Shown: positions 63,511 through 64,000 of the stretch, piece after piece | Layout: every line of letters begins with the position of its first letter | Numbering within the stretch: position 1 is the stretch's first letter | Assembly: GCA_963806175.1 (NCBI GenBank) | Contig: CAWDXA010000005.1 | Location: 197,080 to 261,079 of the forward strand | DNA length: 64,000 nt | Direction of reading: 5' to 3' | Source: an uncultured Chloroflexia bacterium | GTDB lineage: Bacteria; Chloroflexota; Limnocylindria; Limnocylindrales; CSP1-4 | Position numbers and translations under genes: made by a program | The notes under the pieces: model-generated | What the model was told of the DNA's origin: nothing | What the model saw: only the letters and a program-made list of their open reading frames with translations | Databases searched by the model: none

Positions 63511-64000
63511 CAACCCCGTCGCCAGGTCGCCGTACCCGGTCCGACGCAGCTCGAACGTCAGCCCCAACCGCCGGGCCGCGCGCCGGGCCGCCGCGACCAG
63601 CGCCCGGGTCGTCGGTCTGGGCGAGGTAGACCAGCCGGTGGTAGTTCCCGAAGTAGGTCGGCAGGAGCTCCGGATGGCGGTCGAGGCCAAGGCCCGGGAT
63701 GACCAACCGGTCGAAGTTGCGGGCCAGGAAGTCGGTCAGGTAGAAGGTCGCCGGATCCTCGTCGCTCGATCGCGGCAAAGGCCGTCGGACCCGGCGTAGA
63801 CCTCGTAGCAGTGGGCGCCCGGCAGCCGCTCGACGCCCTCGCCCGCCAGGGCCAGGTCGAGGAGGCCGCCCGTCCCGCAGTCGGCGTAGGCGACGAAGAT
63901 CCGCTCGTAGCGCGGGCGCGCGGCCCGGATCTTGGAGCGCACCGCGGCCGGGATGCCGCCCGGCCGGTTGTGCAGGGTGGCCGGCAGGCAGGTCAGGTCC
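63511..64000 (-). pseudogene. DUF1638-family protein, 5' end beyond the window, frame-disrupted as sequenced
   Basis: ...IFVAYADCGTGG...HCYEVYAG is in ORF 63736..63942. EDPATFYLTDFLARNFDRLV...YFGNYHRLVYLAQ is in 62879..63778. ALVAAARRAARRLGLTFELRRTGYG is in 63190..63690. Junctions lie near 63780, 63761 and 63607. The true 3' end is unclear: the next stop in the last frame is at 63190. Confidence 0.65.

Noticed and set aside
63150-63520. Cobalamin riboswitch upstream of the corrinoid-dependent genes.
   Set aside because: I saw only scattered weak matches (GCCAC, AGCCAGATCC, CCGGAATCGGG). The B12-box and the conserved GGGAA/GCCACTG cores are not present as such. This needs an Infernal scan before any claim.

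Overview
Very GC-rich bacterial chromosomal segment; I did not compute the GC percentage. The gene content (CysO/Mec/CysM/MoeZ sulfur-carrier cysteine pathway, LLM-type oxidoreductase, leaderless-looking promoters, many GTGA/ATGA start-stop overlaps) fits Actinomycetota or a similar high-GC lineage, but this is inference only. I support about 60 protein genes. I saw no rRNA, tRNA, CRISPR array, transposase or integrase. Most long ORFs in the track are out-of-frame or antisense shadows of real genes.

Gene order, left to right:
- LLM oxidoreductase and an osmoprotectant-type ABC importer (0.5-5.3 kb).
- GT2 glycosyltransferase, Mo-pterin oxidoreductase and a BNR lipoprotein (5.3-8.5 kb).
- ErpA, then a long minus-strand phenylacetyl-CoA (paa) catabolic cluster with its TetR regulator and operator (8.6-19.1 kb).
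- fumC, and an APC permease plus glutamine-synthetase-like pair behind a long leader (19.2-24.9 kb).
- Miscellaneous genes: ankyrin, SDR, ppgK, RCK K+ channel, aldehyde dehydrogenase (25-30 kb).
- Frameshifted NUDIX and HxlR genes, and an S1C protease (30.6-33.2 kb).
- purEK.
- aroK-like kinase, nucleoside hydrolase and an ECF transporter (36-41.3 kb).
- A secreted peptidase.
- A minus-strand sulfur block: Rrf2-sufC-sufS-VOC-sufU-moeZ-cysO-cysM-mec (42.9-50 kb).
- An EAL/GGDEF pair (50-55.6 kb).
- A repeat-rich intergenic island (56.7-57.35 kb).
- A corrinoid-dependent methyltransferase cluster running off the window edge: MTHFR, non-Pyl MttB, RamA-like activase, pterin-binding methyltransferase, small WWRDIP protein, DUF1638 (57.35-64 kb).

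Most notable observations:
1. Frame disruptions are tightly clustered in the methyltransferase cluster and in the NUDIX/HxlR pair. All can be explained by single extra nucleotides.
2. Three genes have conserved N-termini that can only be reached from an ATC codon. One of these ATC codons has a well-placed Shine-Dalgarno.
3. A two-copy intergenic mosaic element is built from alternating CCAATCGACG repeats followed by tandem arrays.
4. The suf operon lacks sufB and sufD and abuts the CysO sulfur-carrier genes.
5. A PaaR-type operator sits on the paa regulator promoter.
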